Positions 1-12,200 of a stretch of 64,000 nucleotides of DNA are shown here, piece by piece. Source of the DNA: Eledone cirrhosa. Taxonomy: Eukaryota. Position numbers and translations under genes: made by a program. The first letter of the stretch is position 1. Each line of letters opens with the position of its first letter. Location of the stretch: assembly GCA_964016885.1 (NCBI GenBank), contig OZ024741.1, positions 28,768,001-28,832,000 on the forward strand. Reading direction: 5' to 3'. The notes beneath the pieces were generated by a model. The model made no database searches. It saw only the letters and a program-made list of their open reading frames with translations, and was not told where the DNA came from.

Positions 1-1538
1 CATTGTCTCAGAGTGTCTGGAGAAGATGTATCTCCTCTGTGTCTATTGTGTAGTGATGCAGTTATAACAGTGGCACACATTGTCTCAGAGTGTCTGGAGA
101 ATATGTTTCTCCTCTGTGTCTATTGTGTGGTGGTGCAGTTATAACGGTGGCACACATTGTCTCAGTGTCTGGAGAAGATGTATCTCCCCTGTGTCTATTG
201 TGTGGTGGTGCAGTTATAACAGTGGCACACATTGTCTCAGAGTGTCTGGAGAAGATGTATCTCCCCTGTGTCTATTGTGTAGTGGTGCAGTTATAACAGT
301 GGCATACATTGTCTCAGAGTGTCTGGAGAAGATGTATCTCCTCTGTGTCTATTGTGCGGTGGTGCAGTTATAACAGTGGAACACATTGTCTCAGAGTGTC
401 TGGAGAAGATGTATCTCCTCTGTGTCTATTGTGTGGTGGTGCAGTTATAACAATGGCACACATTGTCTCAGAGTGTCTGGAGAAGATGTATCTCCTCTGT
501 GTCTATTGTGTGGTGGTGCAGTTATAACAGTGGCATACATTGTCTCAGAGTGTCTGGAGAAGATGTATCTCCTCTGTGTCTATTGTGTGGTGGTGCAGTT
601 ATAACAGTGGCATACATTGTCTCAGAGTGTCTGGAGAAGATGTATCTCCTCTGTGTCTATTGTGTGGTGGTGCAGTTATAACAGTGGTACACATTGTCTC
701 AGAGTGTCTGGAGAAGATGTATCTCCTCTGTGTCTATTGTGTGGTGGTGCAGTTATAACAGTGGCGGACATTGTCTCAGAGTGTCTGAAAAAGATGTATC
801 TCCCCTGTGTCTATTGTGTGGTGGTGCAGTTATAACAGTGGCACACATTGTCTCAGAGTGTGTGGAGAAGTTGTGTCTCCTCTGTGTCTATTGTGTGGTG
901 ATGCAGTTATAACAGTGGTACACATTGTCTCAGAGTGTCTGAAAAAGATGTATCTCCTCTGTGTCTATTGTGTGGTGGTGCAGTTATAACAGTGGCACAC
1001 ATTGTCTCAGAGTGTGTGGAGAAGTTGTGTCTCCTCTGTGTCTATTGTGTGGTGATGCAGTTATAACAGTGGCACACATTGTCACAGAGTGTGTGGAGAA
1101 GATGTATCTCCCCTGTGTCTATTGTGTGGTGGTGCAGTTATAACAGTGGCACACATTGTCTCAGAGTGTCTGGAGAAGATGTATCTCCTCTGTGTCTATT
1201 GTGTGGTGGTGCAGTTATAACAGTGGCATACATTGTCTCAGAGTGTCTGAAAAAGATGTATCTCCCCTGTGTCTATTGTGTAGTGGTGCAGTTATAACAG
1301 TGGTACACATTGTCTCAGAGTGTCTGGAGAAGATGTATCTCCTCTGTGTCTATTGTGTGGTGGTGCAGTTATAACAGTGGCGGACATTGTCTCAGAGTGT
1401 CTGAAAAAGATGTATCTCCCCTGTGTCTATTGTGTAGTGGTGCAGTTATAAGAGTGGAACACATTGTCTCAGAGTGTCTGGAGAAGATGTATCTCCTCTG
1501 TGTCTATTGTGTGGTGGTGCAGTTATAACAGTGGAACA

Positions 1539-4500
1539 CATTGTCTCAGAGTGTCTGGAGAAGATGTATCTCCTCTGTGTCTATTGTCTGGAGGTGCAGT
1601 TATAACAGTGGCATACATTGTCTCAGAGTGTCTGGAGTAGATGTATCTCCTCTGTGTCTATTGTGTGGTGGTGCAGTTATAACAGTGGCACACATTGTCT
1701 CAGAGTGTCTGGAGAAGATGTATCTCCTCTGTGTCTATTGTGTGGTGCTGCAGTTATAACAGTGGCACACATTGTCTCAGAGTGTCTGGAGAAGATGTAT
1801 CTCCTCTGTGTCTATTGTGTGGTGGTGCAGTTATAACAGTGGCACACATTGTCTCAGAGTGTCTGGAGAAGATGTATCTCCTCTGTGTCTATTGTGTGGT
1901 GGTGCAGTTATAACAGTGGCGGACATTGTCTCAGAGTGTCTGAAAAAGATGTATCTCCCCTGTGTCTATTGTGTGGTGATGCAGTTATAACAGTGGCACA
2001 CATTGTCTCAGTGTCTGGAGACGATGTATCTCCTCTGTGTCTATTGTGTGGTGGTGCAGTTATAACAGTGGCACACATTGTCTCAGTGTCTGGAGACGAT
2101 GTATCTCCTCTGTGTCTATTGTGTGGTGGTGCAGTTATAACAGTGGCACACATTGTCTCAGTGTCTGGAGAAGATGTATCTCCTCTGTGTCTATTGTGTA
2201 GTGGTGCACTTATAACAGTGGCACACATTGTCTCAGAGTGTCTGGAGAAGATGTATCTCCTCTGTGTCTATTGTGTAGTGGTGCAGTTATAACAGTGGCA
2301 CACATTGTCTCAGAGTGTCTGGAGAAGATGTATCTCCTCTGTGTCTATTGTGTAGTGGTGCAGTTATAACAGTGGCATACATTGTCTGAGAGTGTCTGGA
2401 GAAGACGTTTCTCCTCTGTGTCTATTGTGTGGTGGTGCAGTTATAACAGTGGCACACATTGTCTCAGAGTGTCTGGAGAAGATGTATCTCCTCTGTGTCT
2501 ATTGTGTGGTGGTGCAGTTATAACAGTGGCACACATTGTCTCAGAGTGTCTGGAGAATATGTTTCTCCTCTGTGTCTATTGTGTGGTGGTGCAGATATAA
2601 CAGTGGCACACATTGTCTCAGAGTGTCTGGAGAAGTTGTGTCTCCTCTGTGTCTATTGTGTGGTGGTGCAGTTATAACGGTGGCACACATTGTCTCAGTG
2701 TCTGGAGAAGATGTATCTCCTCTGTGTCTATTGTGTAGTGGTGCAGTTATAACAGTGGCATACATTGTCTCAGAGTGTCTGGAGAAGATGTATCTCCTCT
2801 GTGTCTATTGTGTAGTGGTGCAGTTATAACAGTGGCATACATTGTCTCAGAGTGTCTGTAGAAGACGTTTCTCCTCTGTGTCTATTGTGTGGTGGTGCAG
2901 TTATAAAAGTGGCACACATTGTCTCAGAGTGTCTGGAGAAGATGTATCTCCTCTGTGTCTATTGTGTGGTGGTGCAGTTATAACAGTGGTACACATTGTC
3001 TCAGAGTGTGTGGAGAAGATGTATCTCCTCTGTCTCTATTGTGTGGTGGTGCAGTTATAACAGTGGCATACATTTTCTCAGAGTGTCTGGAGAAGATGTA
3101 TCTCCCCCGTGTCTATTGTGTGGTGGTGCAGTTATAACAGTGGCACACATTGTCTCAGAGTGTCTGTGGAAGTTGTATCTCCTCTCTGTCTATTGTGTGG
3201 TGGTGAAGTTATAACAGTGGCACACATTGTCTCAGAGTGTCTGGAGAAGATGTATCTCCTCTGTGTCTATTGTGTGGTGGTGCAGTAATAACAGTGGCAC
3301 ACTATGTCTCAGAGTGTCTGGAGAAGATGTATCTCCCCCGTGTCTATCGTGTGGTGGTGCAGTTATAACAGTGGCACACATTGTCTCAGAGTGTCTGGAG
3401 AAGATGTATCTCCTCTGTGTCTATTGTGTGGTGGTGCAGTTATAACAGTGGCATACATTGTCTCAGAGTGTCTGGAGAAGATGTATCTCCTCTGTGTCTA
3501 TTGTGTGGTGGTGCAGTTATAACAGTGTCACACGTTGTCTCAGAGTGTCTGGAGAAGATGTATCTCCTCTGTGTCTATTGTGTGGTGGTGCAGTTATAAC
3601 AGTGGCACACATTGGCTCAGAGTGTCTGGAGAAGATGTATCTCCTCTGTGTCTATTGTGTGGTGGTGCAGTTATAACAGTGGCACACATTGTCTCAGAGT
3701 GTGTGGAGAAGATGTATCTCCTCTGTGTCTATTGTGTGGTGATGCAGTTATAACAGTGGCACACATTGTCTCAGAGTGTTTGGAGAAGATGTATCTCCTC
3801 TGTGTCTATTGTGTGGTGGTGCAGTTATAACAGTGGTACACATTGTCTCAGAGTGTCTGGAGAAGATGTATCTCCTCTGTGTCTATTGTGTGGTGGTGCA
3901 GTTATAACAGTGGCACACATTGTCTCAGAGTGTGTGGAGAAGATGTATCTCCTCTGTGTCTATTGTGTGGTGGTGCAGTTATAACAGTGGCACACATTGT
4001 CTCAGAGTGTCTGGAGAAGATGTATCTCCTCTGTGTCTATTGTGTGGTGATGCAGTTATAACAGTGGCACACATTGTCTCAGAGTGTGTGGAGAAGATGT
4101 ATCTCCTCTGTGTCTATTGTGTGGTGGTGCAGTTATAACAGTGGTACACATTGTCTCAGAGTGTCTGGAGAAGATGTATCTCCTCTGTGTCTATTGTGTG
4201 GTGGTGGAGTTATAACAGTGGCACACATTGTCTCAGAGTGTCTGGAGAAGATGTATCACCCCCGTGTCTATTGTGTGGAGGTGCAGTTATAACAGTGGCA
4301 TACATTGTCTCAGAGTGTCTGGAGAAGATGTATCTCCTCTGTGTCTATTGTGTGGTGATGCAGTTATAACAGTGTCACACATTGTCTCAGAGTGTCTGGA
4401 GAAGATGTATCTCCCCCGTGTCTATTGTGTGGAGGTGCAGTTATAACAGTGGCATACATTGTCTCAGAGTGTCTGGAGAAGATGTATCTCCTCTGTGTCT

Positions 4501-6373
4501 ATTGTGTGGTGGTGCAGTTATAACAGTGGCACACATTGTCTCAGAGTGTCTGGAGAAGATGTATCTCCCCCGTGTCTATTGTGTGGTGGTGCAGTTATAA
4601 CAGTGGCATACATTGTCTCAGAGTGTCTGGAGAAGATGTATCTCCCCCGTGTCTATTGTGTGGTGGTGCAGTTATAACAGTGGCACACATTGTCTCAGCG
4701 TGTCTGGGGAAGTTGTATCTCCTCTGTGTCTATTGTGTGCTGGTGAAGTTATAACAGTGGCACACATTGTCTCAGAGTGTCTGGAGAAGATGTATCTCCT
4801 CTGTGTCTATTGTGTGGTGGTGCAGTAATAACAGTGGCACACTATGTCTCAGAGTGTCTGGAGAAGATGTATCTCCCCCGTGTCTATTGTGTGGTGGTGC
4901 AGTTATAACAGTGGCACACATTGTCTCAGAGTGTCTGGAGAAGATGTATCTCCTCTGTGTCTATTGTGTAGTGATGCAGTTATAACAGTGGTACACATTG
5001 TCTCAGAGTGTCTGGAGAAGATGTTTCTCCTCTGTGTCTATTGTGTGGTGGTGCAGTTATAACAGTGGAACACATTGTCTCAGAGTGTCTGGAGAAGATG
5101 TATCTCCTCTGTGTCTATTGTGTGGAGGTGCAGTTATAACAGTGGCATACATTGTCTCAGAGTGTCTGGAGTAGATGTATCTCCTCTGTGTCTATTGTGT
5201 GGTGGTGCAGTTATAACAGTGGCACACATTGTCTCAGAGTGTCTGGAGAAGATGTATCTCCTCTGTGTCTATTGTGTGGTGCTGCAGTTATAACAGTGGC
5301 ACACATTGTCTCAGAGTGTCTGGAGAAGATGTATCTCCTCTGTGTCTATTGTGTGGTGGTGCAGTTATAACAGTGGCACACATTGTCTCAGACTGTCTGG
5401 AGAAGATGTATCTCCTCTGTGTCTATTGTGTGGTGGTGCAGTTATAACAGTGGCGGACATTGTCTCAGAGTGTCTGAAAAAGATGTATCTCCCCTGTGTC
5501 TATTGTGTGGTGATGCAGTTATAACAGTGGCACACATTGTCACAGTGTCTGGAGACGATGTATCTCCTCTGTGTCTATTGTGTGGTGGTGCAGTTATAAC
5601 AGTGGCACACATTGTCTCAGTGTCTGGAGACGATGTATCTCCTCTGTGTCTATTGTGTGGTGGTGCAGTTATAACAGTGGCACACATTGTCTCAGTGTCT
5701 GGAGAAGATGTATCTCCTCTGTGTCTATTGTGTAGTGGTGCAGTTATAACAGTGGCACACATTGTCTCAGAGTGTCTGGAGAAGATGTATCTCCTCTGTG
5801 TCTATTGTGTAGTGGTGCAGTTATAACAGTGGCACACATTGTCTCAGAGTGTCTGGAGAAGATGTATCTCCTCTGTGTCTATTGTGTAGTGGTGCAGTTA
5901 TAACAGTGGCATACATTGTCTGAGAGTGTCTGGAGAAGACGTTTCTCCTCTGTGTCTATTGTGTGGTGGTGCAGTTATAACAGTGGCACACATTGTCTCA
6001 GAGTGTCTGGAGAAGATGTATCTCCTCTGTGTCTATTGTGTGGTGGTGCAGTTATAACAGTGGCACACATTGTCTCAGAGTGTCTGGAGAATATGTTTCT
6101 CCTCTGTGTCTATTGTGTGGTGGTGCAGATATAACAGTGGCACACATTGTCTCAGAGTGTCTGGAGAAGTTGTGTCTCCTCTGTGTCTATTGTGTGGTGG
6201 TGCAGTTATAACGGTGGCACACATTGTCTCAGTGTCTGGAGAAGATGTATCTCCTCTGTGTCTATTGTGTAGTGGTGCAGTTATAACAGTGGCATACATT
6301 GTCTCAGAGTGTCTGGAGAAGATGTATCTCCTCTGTGTCTATTGTGTGGTGGTGCAGTTATAACAGTGGCATA
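1539..6373 (+). repeat. Duplicated ~17-monomer block, about 1539-2839 and 5073-6373 (offset 3534 bp)
   Basis: Both copies share the same ordered rare variants: GGAGTAGAT, GGTGCTGC, three consecutive 75-bp monomers with GACGAT, GTCTGAGAG, GCAGATATAA. ORF pairs 1618/5152, 1849/5383 and 2382/5916 all differ by 3534. Confidence 0.9.
1791..1862 (+). mobile_element. Putative fossil of a non-LTR retrotransposon CCHC zinc-knuckle coding segment forming the satellite monomer (representative copy; recurs every 77 bp)
   Basis: Translates as EDVSPLCLLCGGAVITVAHIVSEC = C-x2-C-x8-H-x4-C, resembling the 'SPxCRxCxxxxETxxHIxSxC' motif C-terminal to RT in non-LTR elements. Recognised by eye; no database search was run. 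Confidence 0.55.
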
Positions 6374-9222
6374 CATTGTCTCAGAGTGTCTGGAGAAGAT
6401 GTATCTCCTCTGTGTCTATTGTGTAGTGGTGCAGTTATAACAGTGGCATACATTGTCTCAGAGTGTTTGGAGAAGACGTTTCTCCTCTGTGTCTATTGTG
6501 TGGTGGTGCAGTTATAACAGTGGCACACTATGTCTCAGAGTGTCTGGAGAAGATGTATCTCCCCCGTGTCTATCGTGTGGTGGTGCAGTTATAACAGTGG
6601 CACACATTGTCTCAGAGTGTCTGGAGAAGATGTATCTCCTCTGTGTCTATTGTGTGGTGGTGCAGTTATAACAGTGGCATACATTGTCTCAGAGTGTCTG
6701 GAGAAGATGTATCTCCTCTGTGTCTATTGTGTGGTGGTGCAGTTATAACAGTGTCACACATTGTCTCAGAGTGTCTGGAGAAGATGTATCTCCTCTGTGT
6801 CTATTGTGTGGTGGTGCAGTTATAACAGTGGCACACATTGGCTCAGAGTGTCTGGAGAAGATGTATCTCCTCTGTGTCTATTGTGTGGTGGTGCAGTTAT
6901 AACAGTGGCACACATTGTCTCAGAGTGTGTGGAGAAGATGTATCTCCTCTGTGTCTATTGTGTGGTGATGCAGTTATAACAGTGGCACACATTGTCTCAG
7001 AGTGTTTGGAGAAGATGTATCTCCTCTGTGTCTATTGTGTGGTGGTGCAGTTATAACAGTGGTACACATTGTCTCAGAGTGTCTGGAGAAGATGTATCTC
7101 CTCTGTGTCTATTGTGTGGTGGTGCAGTTATAACAGTGGCACACATTGTCTCAGAGTGTGTGGAGAAGATGTATCTCCTCTGTGTCTATTGTGTGGTGGT
7201 GCAGTTATAACAGTGGCACACATTGTCTCAGAGTGTCTGGAGAAGATGTATCTCCTCTGTGTCTATTGTGTGGTGATGCAGTTATAACAGTGGCACACAT
7301 TGTCTCAGAGTGTGTGGAGAAGATGTATCTCCTCTGTGTCTATTGTGTGGTGGTGCAGTTATAACAGTGGTACACATTGTCTCAGAGTGTCTGGAGAAGA
7401 TGTATCTCCCCCGTGTCTATTGTGTGGAGGTGCAGTTATGACAGTGGAATACATTGTCTCAGAGTGTCTGGAGAAGATGTATCTCCTCTGTGTCTATTGT
7501 GTGGTGGTGTAGTTATAACAGTGGCACACATTGTCTCAGAGTGTCTGGAGAAGATGTATCTCCCCCGTGTCTATTGTGTGGAGGTGCAGTTATAACAGTG
7601 GCATACATTGTCTCAGAGTGTCTGGAGAAGATGTATCTCCTCTGTGTCTATTGTGTGGTGATGCAGTTATAACAGTGTCACACATTGTCTCAGAGTGTCT
7701 GGAGAAGATGTATCTCCCCCGTGTCTATTGTGTGGAGGTGCAGTTATAACAGTGGCATACATTGTCTCAGAGTGTCTGGAGAAGATGTATCTCCTCTGTG
7801 TCTATTGTGTGGTGGTGCAGTTATAACAGTGGCACACATTGTCTCAGAGTGTCTGGAGAAGATGTATCTCCCCCGTGTCTATTGTGTGGTGGTGCAGTTA
7901 TAACAGTGGCATACATTGTCTCAGAGTGTCTGGAGAAGATGTATCTCCCCCGTGTCTATTGTGTGGTGGTGCAGTTATAACAGTGGCATACATTGTCTCA
8001 GAGTGTCTGGAGAAGATGTATCTCCTCTGTGTCTATTGTGTGGTGGTGCAGTTATAACAGTGTCACACGTTGTCTCAGAGTGTCTGGAGAAGATGTATCT
8101 CCTCTGTGTCTATTGTGTGGTGGTGCAGTTATAACAGTGGCACACATTGGCTCAGAGTGTCTGGAGAAGTTGTATCTCCTCTGTGTCTATTGTGTGGTGG
8201 TGCAGTTATAACAGTGGCACACATTGTCTCAGAGTGTGTGGAGAAGATGTATCTCCTCTGTGTCTATTGTGTGGTGATGCAGTTATAACAGTGGCACACA
8301 TTGTCTCAGAGTGTTTGGAGAAGATGTATCTCCTCTGTGTCTATTGTGTGGTGGTGCAGTTATAACAGTAGTACACATTGTCTCAGAGTGCCTGGAGAAG
8401 ATGTATCTCCTCTGTGTCTATTGTGTGGTGGTGCAGTTATAACAGTGGCACACATTGTCTCAGAGTGTGTGGAGAAGATGTATCTCCTCTGTGTCTATTG
8501 TGTGGTGGTGCAGTTATAACAGTGGCACACATTGTCTCAGAGTGTCTGGAGAAGATGTATCTCCCCCGTGTCTATTGTGTGGAGGTGCAGTTATAACAGT
8601 GGCATACATTGTCTCAGAGTGTCTGGAGAAGATGTATCTCCTCTGTGTCTATTGTGTGGTGATGCAGTTATAACAGTGTCACACATTGTCTCAGAGTGTC
8701 TGGAGAAGATGTATCTCCCCCGTGTCTATTGTGTGGAGGTGCAGTTATAACAGTGGCATACATTGTCTCAGAGTGTCTGGAGAAGATGTATCTCCTCTGT
8801 GTCTATTGTGTGGTGGTGCAGTTATAACAGTGGCACACATTGTCTCAGAGTGTGTGGAGAAGATGTATCTCCTCTGTGTCTATTGTGTGGTGGTGCAGTT
8901 ATAACAGTGGCACACATTGTCTCAGAGTGTCTGGAGAAGATGTATCTCCTCTGTGTCTATTGTGTGGTGATGCAGTTATAACAGTGGCACACATTGTCTC
9001 AGAGTGTGTGGAGAAGATGTATCTCCTCTGTGTCTATTGTGTGGTGGTGCAGTTATAACAGTGGTACACATTGTCTCAGAGTGTCTGGAGAAGATGTATC
9101 TCCCCCGTGTCTATTGTGTGGAGGTGCAGTTATAACAGTGGAATACATTGTCTCAGAGTGTCTGGAGAAGTTGTATCTCCTCTGTGTCTATTGTGTGGTG
9201 GTGCAGTTATAACAGTGGCACA

Positions 9223-12200
9223 CATTGTCTCAGAGTGTGTGGAGAAGATGTATCTCCTCTGTGTCTATTGTGTGGTGATGCAGTTATAACAGTGGCACAC
9301 ATTGTCTCAGAGTGTTTGGAGAAGATGTATCTCCTCTGTGTCTATTGTGTGGTGGTGCAGTTATAACAGTGGTACACATTGTCTCAGAGTGTCTGGAGAA
9401 GATGTATCTCCTCTGTGTCTATTGTGTGGTGGTGCAGTTATAACAGTGGCACACATTGTCTCAGAGTGTGTGGAGAAGATGTATCTCCTCTGTGTCTATT
9501 GTGTGGTGGTGCAGTTATAACAGTGGCACACATTGTCTCAGAGTGTCTGGAGAAGATGTATCTCCTCTGTGTCTATTGTGTGGTGATGCAGTTATAACAG
9601 TGGCACACATTGTCTCAGAGTGTGTGGAGAAGATGTATCTCCTCTGTGTCTATTGTGTGGTGGTGCAGTTATAACAGTGGTACACATTGTCTCAGAGTGT
9701 CTGGAGAAGATGTATCTCCCCCGTGTCTATTGTGTGGAGGTGCAGTTATAACAGTGGAATACATTGTCTCAGAGTGTCTGGAGAAGATGTATCTCCTCTG
9801 TGTCTATTGTGTGGTGGTGGAGTTATAACAGTGGCACACATTGTCTCAGAGTGTCTGGAGAAGATGTATCTCCCCCGTGTCTATTGTGTGGAGGTGCAGT
9901 TATAACAGTGGCATACATTGTCTCAGAGTGTCTGGAGAAGATGTATCTCCTCTGTGTCTATTGTGTGGGGATGCAGTTATAACAGTGTCACACATTGTCT
10001 CAGAGTGTCTGGAGAAGATGTATCTCCCCCGTGTCTATTGTGTGGAGGTGCAGTTATAACAGTGGCATACATTGTCTCAGAGTGTCTGGAGAAGATGTAT
10101 CTCCTCTGTGTCTATTGTGTGGTGGTGCAGTTATAACAGTGGCACACATTGTCTCAGAGTGTCTGGAGAAGATGTATCTCCCCCGTGTCTATTGTGTGGT
10201 GGTGCAGTTATAACAGTGGCATACATTGTCTCAGAGTGTCTGGAGAAGATGTATCTCCCCCGTGTCTATTGTGTGGTGGTGCAGTTATAACAGTGGCACA
10301 CATTGTCTCAGCGTGTCTGGGGAAGTTGTATCTCCTCTGTGTCTATTGTGTGCTGGTGAAGTTATAACAGTGGCACACATTGTCTCAGAGTGTCTGGAGA
10401 AGATGTATCTCCTCTGTGTCTATTGTGTGGTGGTGCAGTAATAACAGTGGCACACTATGTCTCAGAGTGTCTGGAGAAGATGTATCTCCCCCGTGTCTAT
10501 TGTGTGGTGGTGCAGTTATAACAGTGGCACACATTGTCTCAGAGTGTCTGGAGAAGATGTATCTCCTCTGTGTCTATTGTGTAGTGATGCAGTTATAACA
10601 GTGGTACACATTGTCTCAGAGTGTCTGGAGAAGATGTTTCTCCTCTGTGTCTATTGTGTGGTGGTGCAGTTATAACAGTGGCACACATTGTCTCAGAGTG
10701 TCTGGAGAAGATGTATCTCCTCTGTGTCTATTGTGTTGTGGTGCAGTTATAACGGTGGCACACATTGTCTCAGAGTGTCTGAAAAAGATGTATCTCCCCT
10801 GTGTCTATTGTGTAGTGGTGCAGTTATAACAGTGGTACACATTGTCTCAGAGTGTCTGGAGAAGATGTATCTCCTCTGTGTCTATTGTGTGGTGGTGCAG
10901 TTATAACAGTGGCGGACATTGTCTCAGAGTGTCTGAAAAAGATGTATCTCCCCTGTGTCTATTGTGTAGTGGTGCAGTTATAACAGTGGAACACATTGTC
11001 TCAGAGTGTCTGGAGAAGATGTATCTCCTCTGTGTCTATTGTGTGGTGGTGCAGTTATAACAGTGGCACACATTGGCTCAGAGTGTCTGGAGAAGATGTA
11101 TCTCCTCTGTGTCTATTGTGTGGTGGTGCAGTTATAACAGTGGCACACATTGTCTCAGAGTGTGTGGAGAAGATGTATCTCCTCTGTGTCTATTGTGTGG
11201 TGATGCAGTTATAACAGTGGCACACATTGTCTCAGAGTGTTTGGAGAAGATGTATCTCCTCTGTGTCTATTGTGTGGTGGTGCAGTTATAACAGTGGTAC
11301 ACATTGTCTCAGACTGTCTGGAGAAGATGTATCTCCTCTGTGTCTATTGTGTGGTGGTGCAGTTATAACAGTGGCACACATTGTCTCAGAGTGTGTGGAG
11401 AAGATGTATCTCCTCTGTGTCTATTGTGTGGTGGTGCAGTTATAACAGTGGCACACATTGTCTCAGAGTGTCTGGAGAAGATGTATCTCCTCTGTGTCTA
11501 TTGTGTGGTGATGCAGTTATAACAGTGGCACACATTGTCTCAGAGTGTGTGGAGAAGATGTATCTCCTCTGTGTCTATTGTGTGGTGGTGCAGTTATAAC
11601 AGTGGTACACATTGTCTCAGAGTGTCTGGAGAAGATGTATCTCCCCCGTGTCTATTGTGTGGAGGTGCAGTTATAACAGTGGAATACATTGTCTCAGAGT
11701 GTCTGGAGAAGATGTATCTCCTCTGTGTCTATTGTGTGGTGGTGGAGTTATAACAGTGGCACACATTGTCTCAGAGTGTCTGGAGAAGATGTATCTCCCC
11801 CGTGTCTATTGTGTGGAGGTGCAGTTATAACAGTGGCATACATTGTCTCAGAGTGTCTGGAGAAGATGTATCTCCTCTGTGTCTATTGTGTGGTGATGCA
11901 GTTATAACAGTGTCACACATTGTCTCAGAGTGTCTGGAGAAGATGTATCTCCCCCGTGTCTATTGTGTGGAGGTGCAGTTATAACAGTGGCATACATTGT
12001 CTCAGAGTGTCTGGAGAAGATGTATCTCCTCTGTGTCTATTGTGTGGTGGTGCAGTTATAACAGTGGCACACATTGTCTCAGAGTGTCTGGAGAAGATGT
12101 ATCTCCCCCGTGTCTATTGTGTGGTGGTGCAGTTATAACAGTGGCATACATTGTCTCAGAGTGTCTGGAGAAGATGTATCTCCCCCGTGTCTATTGTGTG

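Noticed and set aside
1820-1846. tRNA/SINE-derived tandem gene (77 bp is tRNA-sized; TGGTGCAGTT resembles a Pol III A box)
   Set aside because: There is no B box (GTTCRANNC), no cloverleaf and no oligo-T terminator. The A-box similarity is short and partial.
1908-6299. Minus-strand ORFs with TETMCATVITAPPHNRHRGDTSSPD repeats (including an RGD tripeptide)
   Set aside because: They are open only because 75-bp monomers remove the stop in that frame. There is no independent coding evidence.
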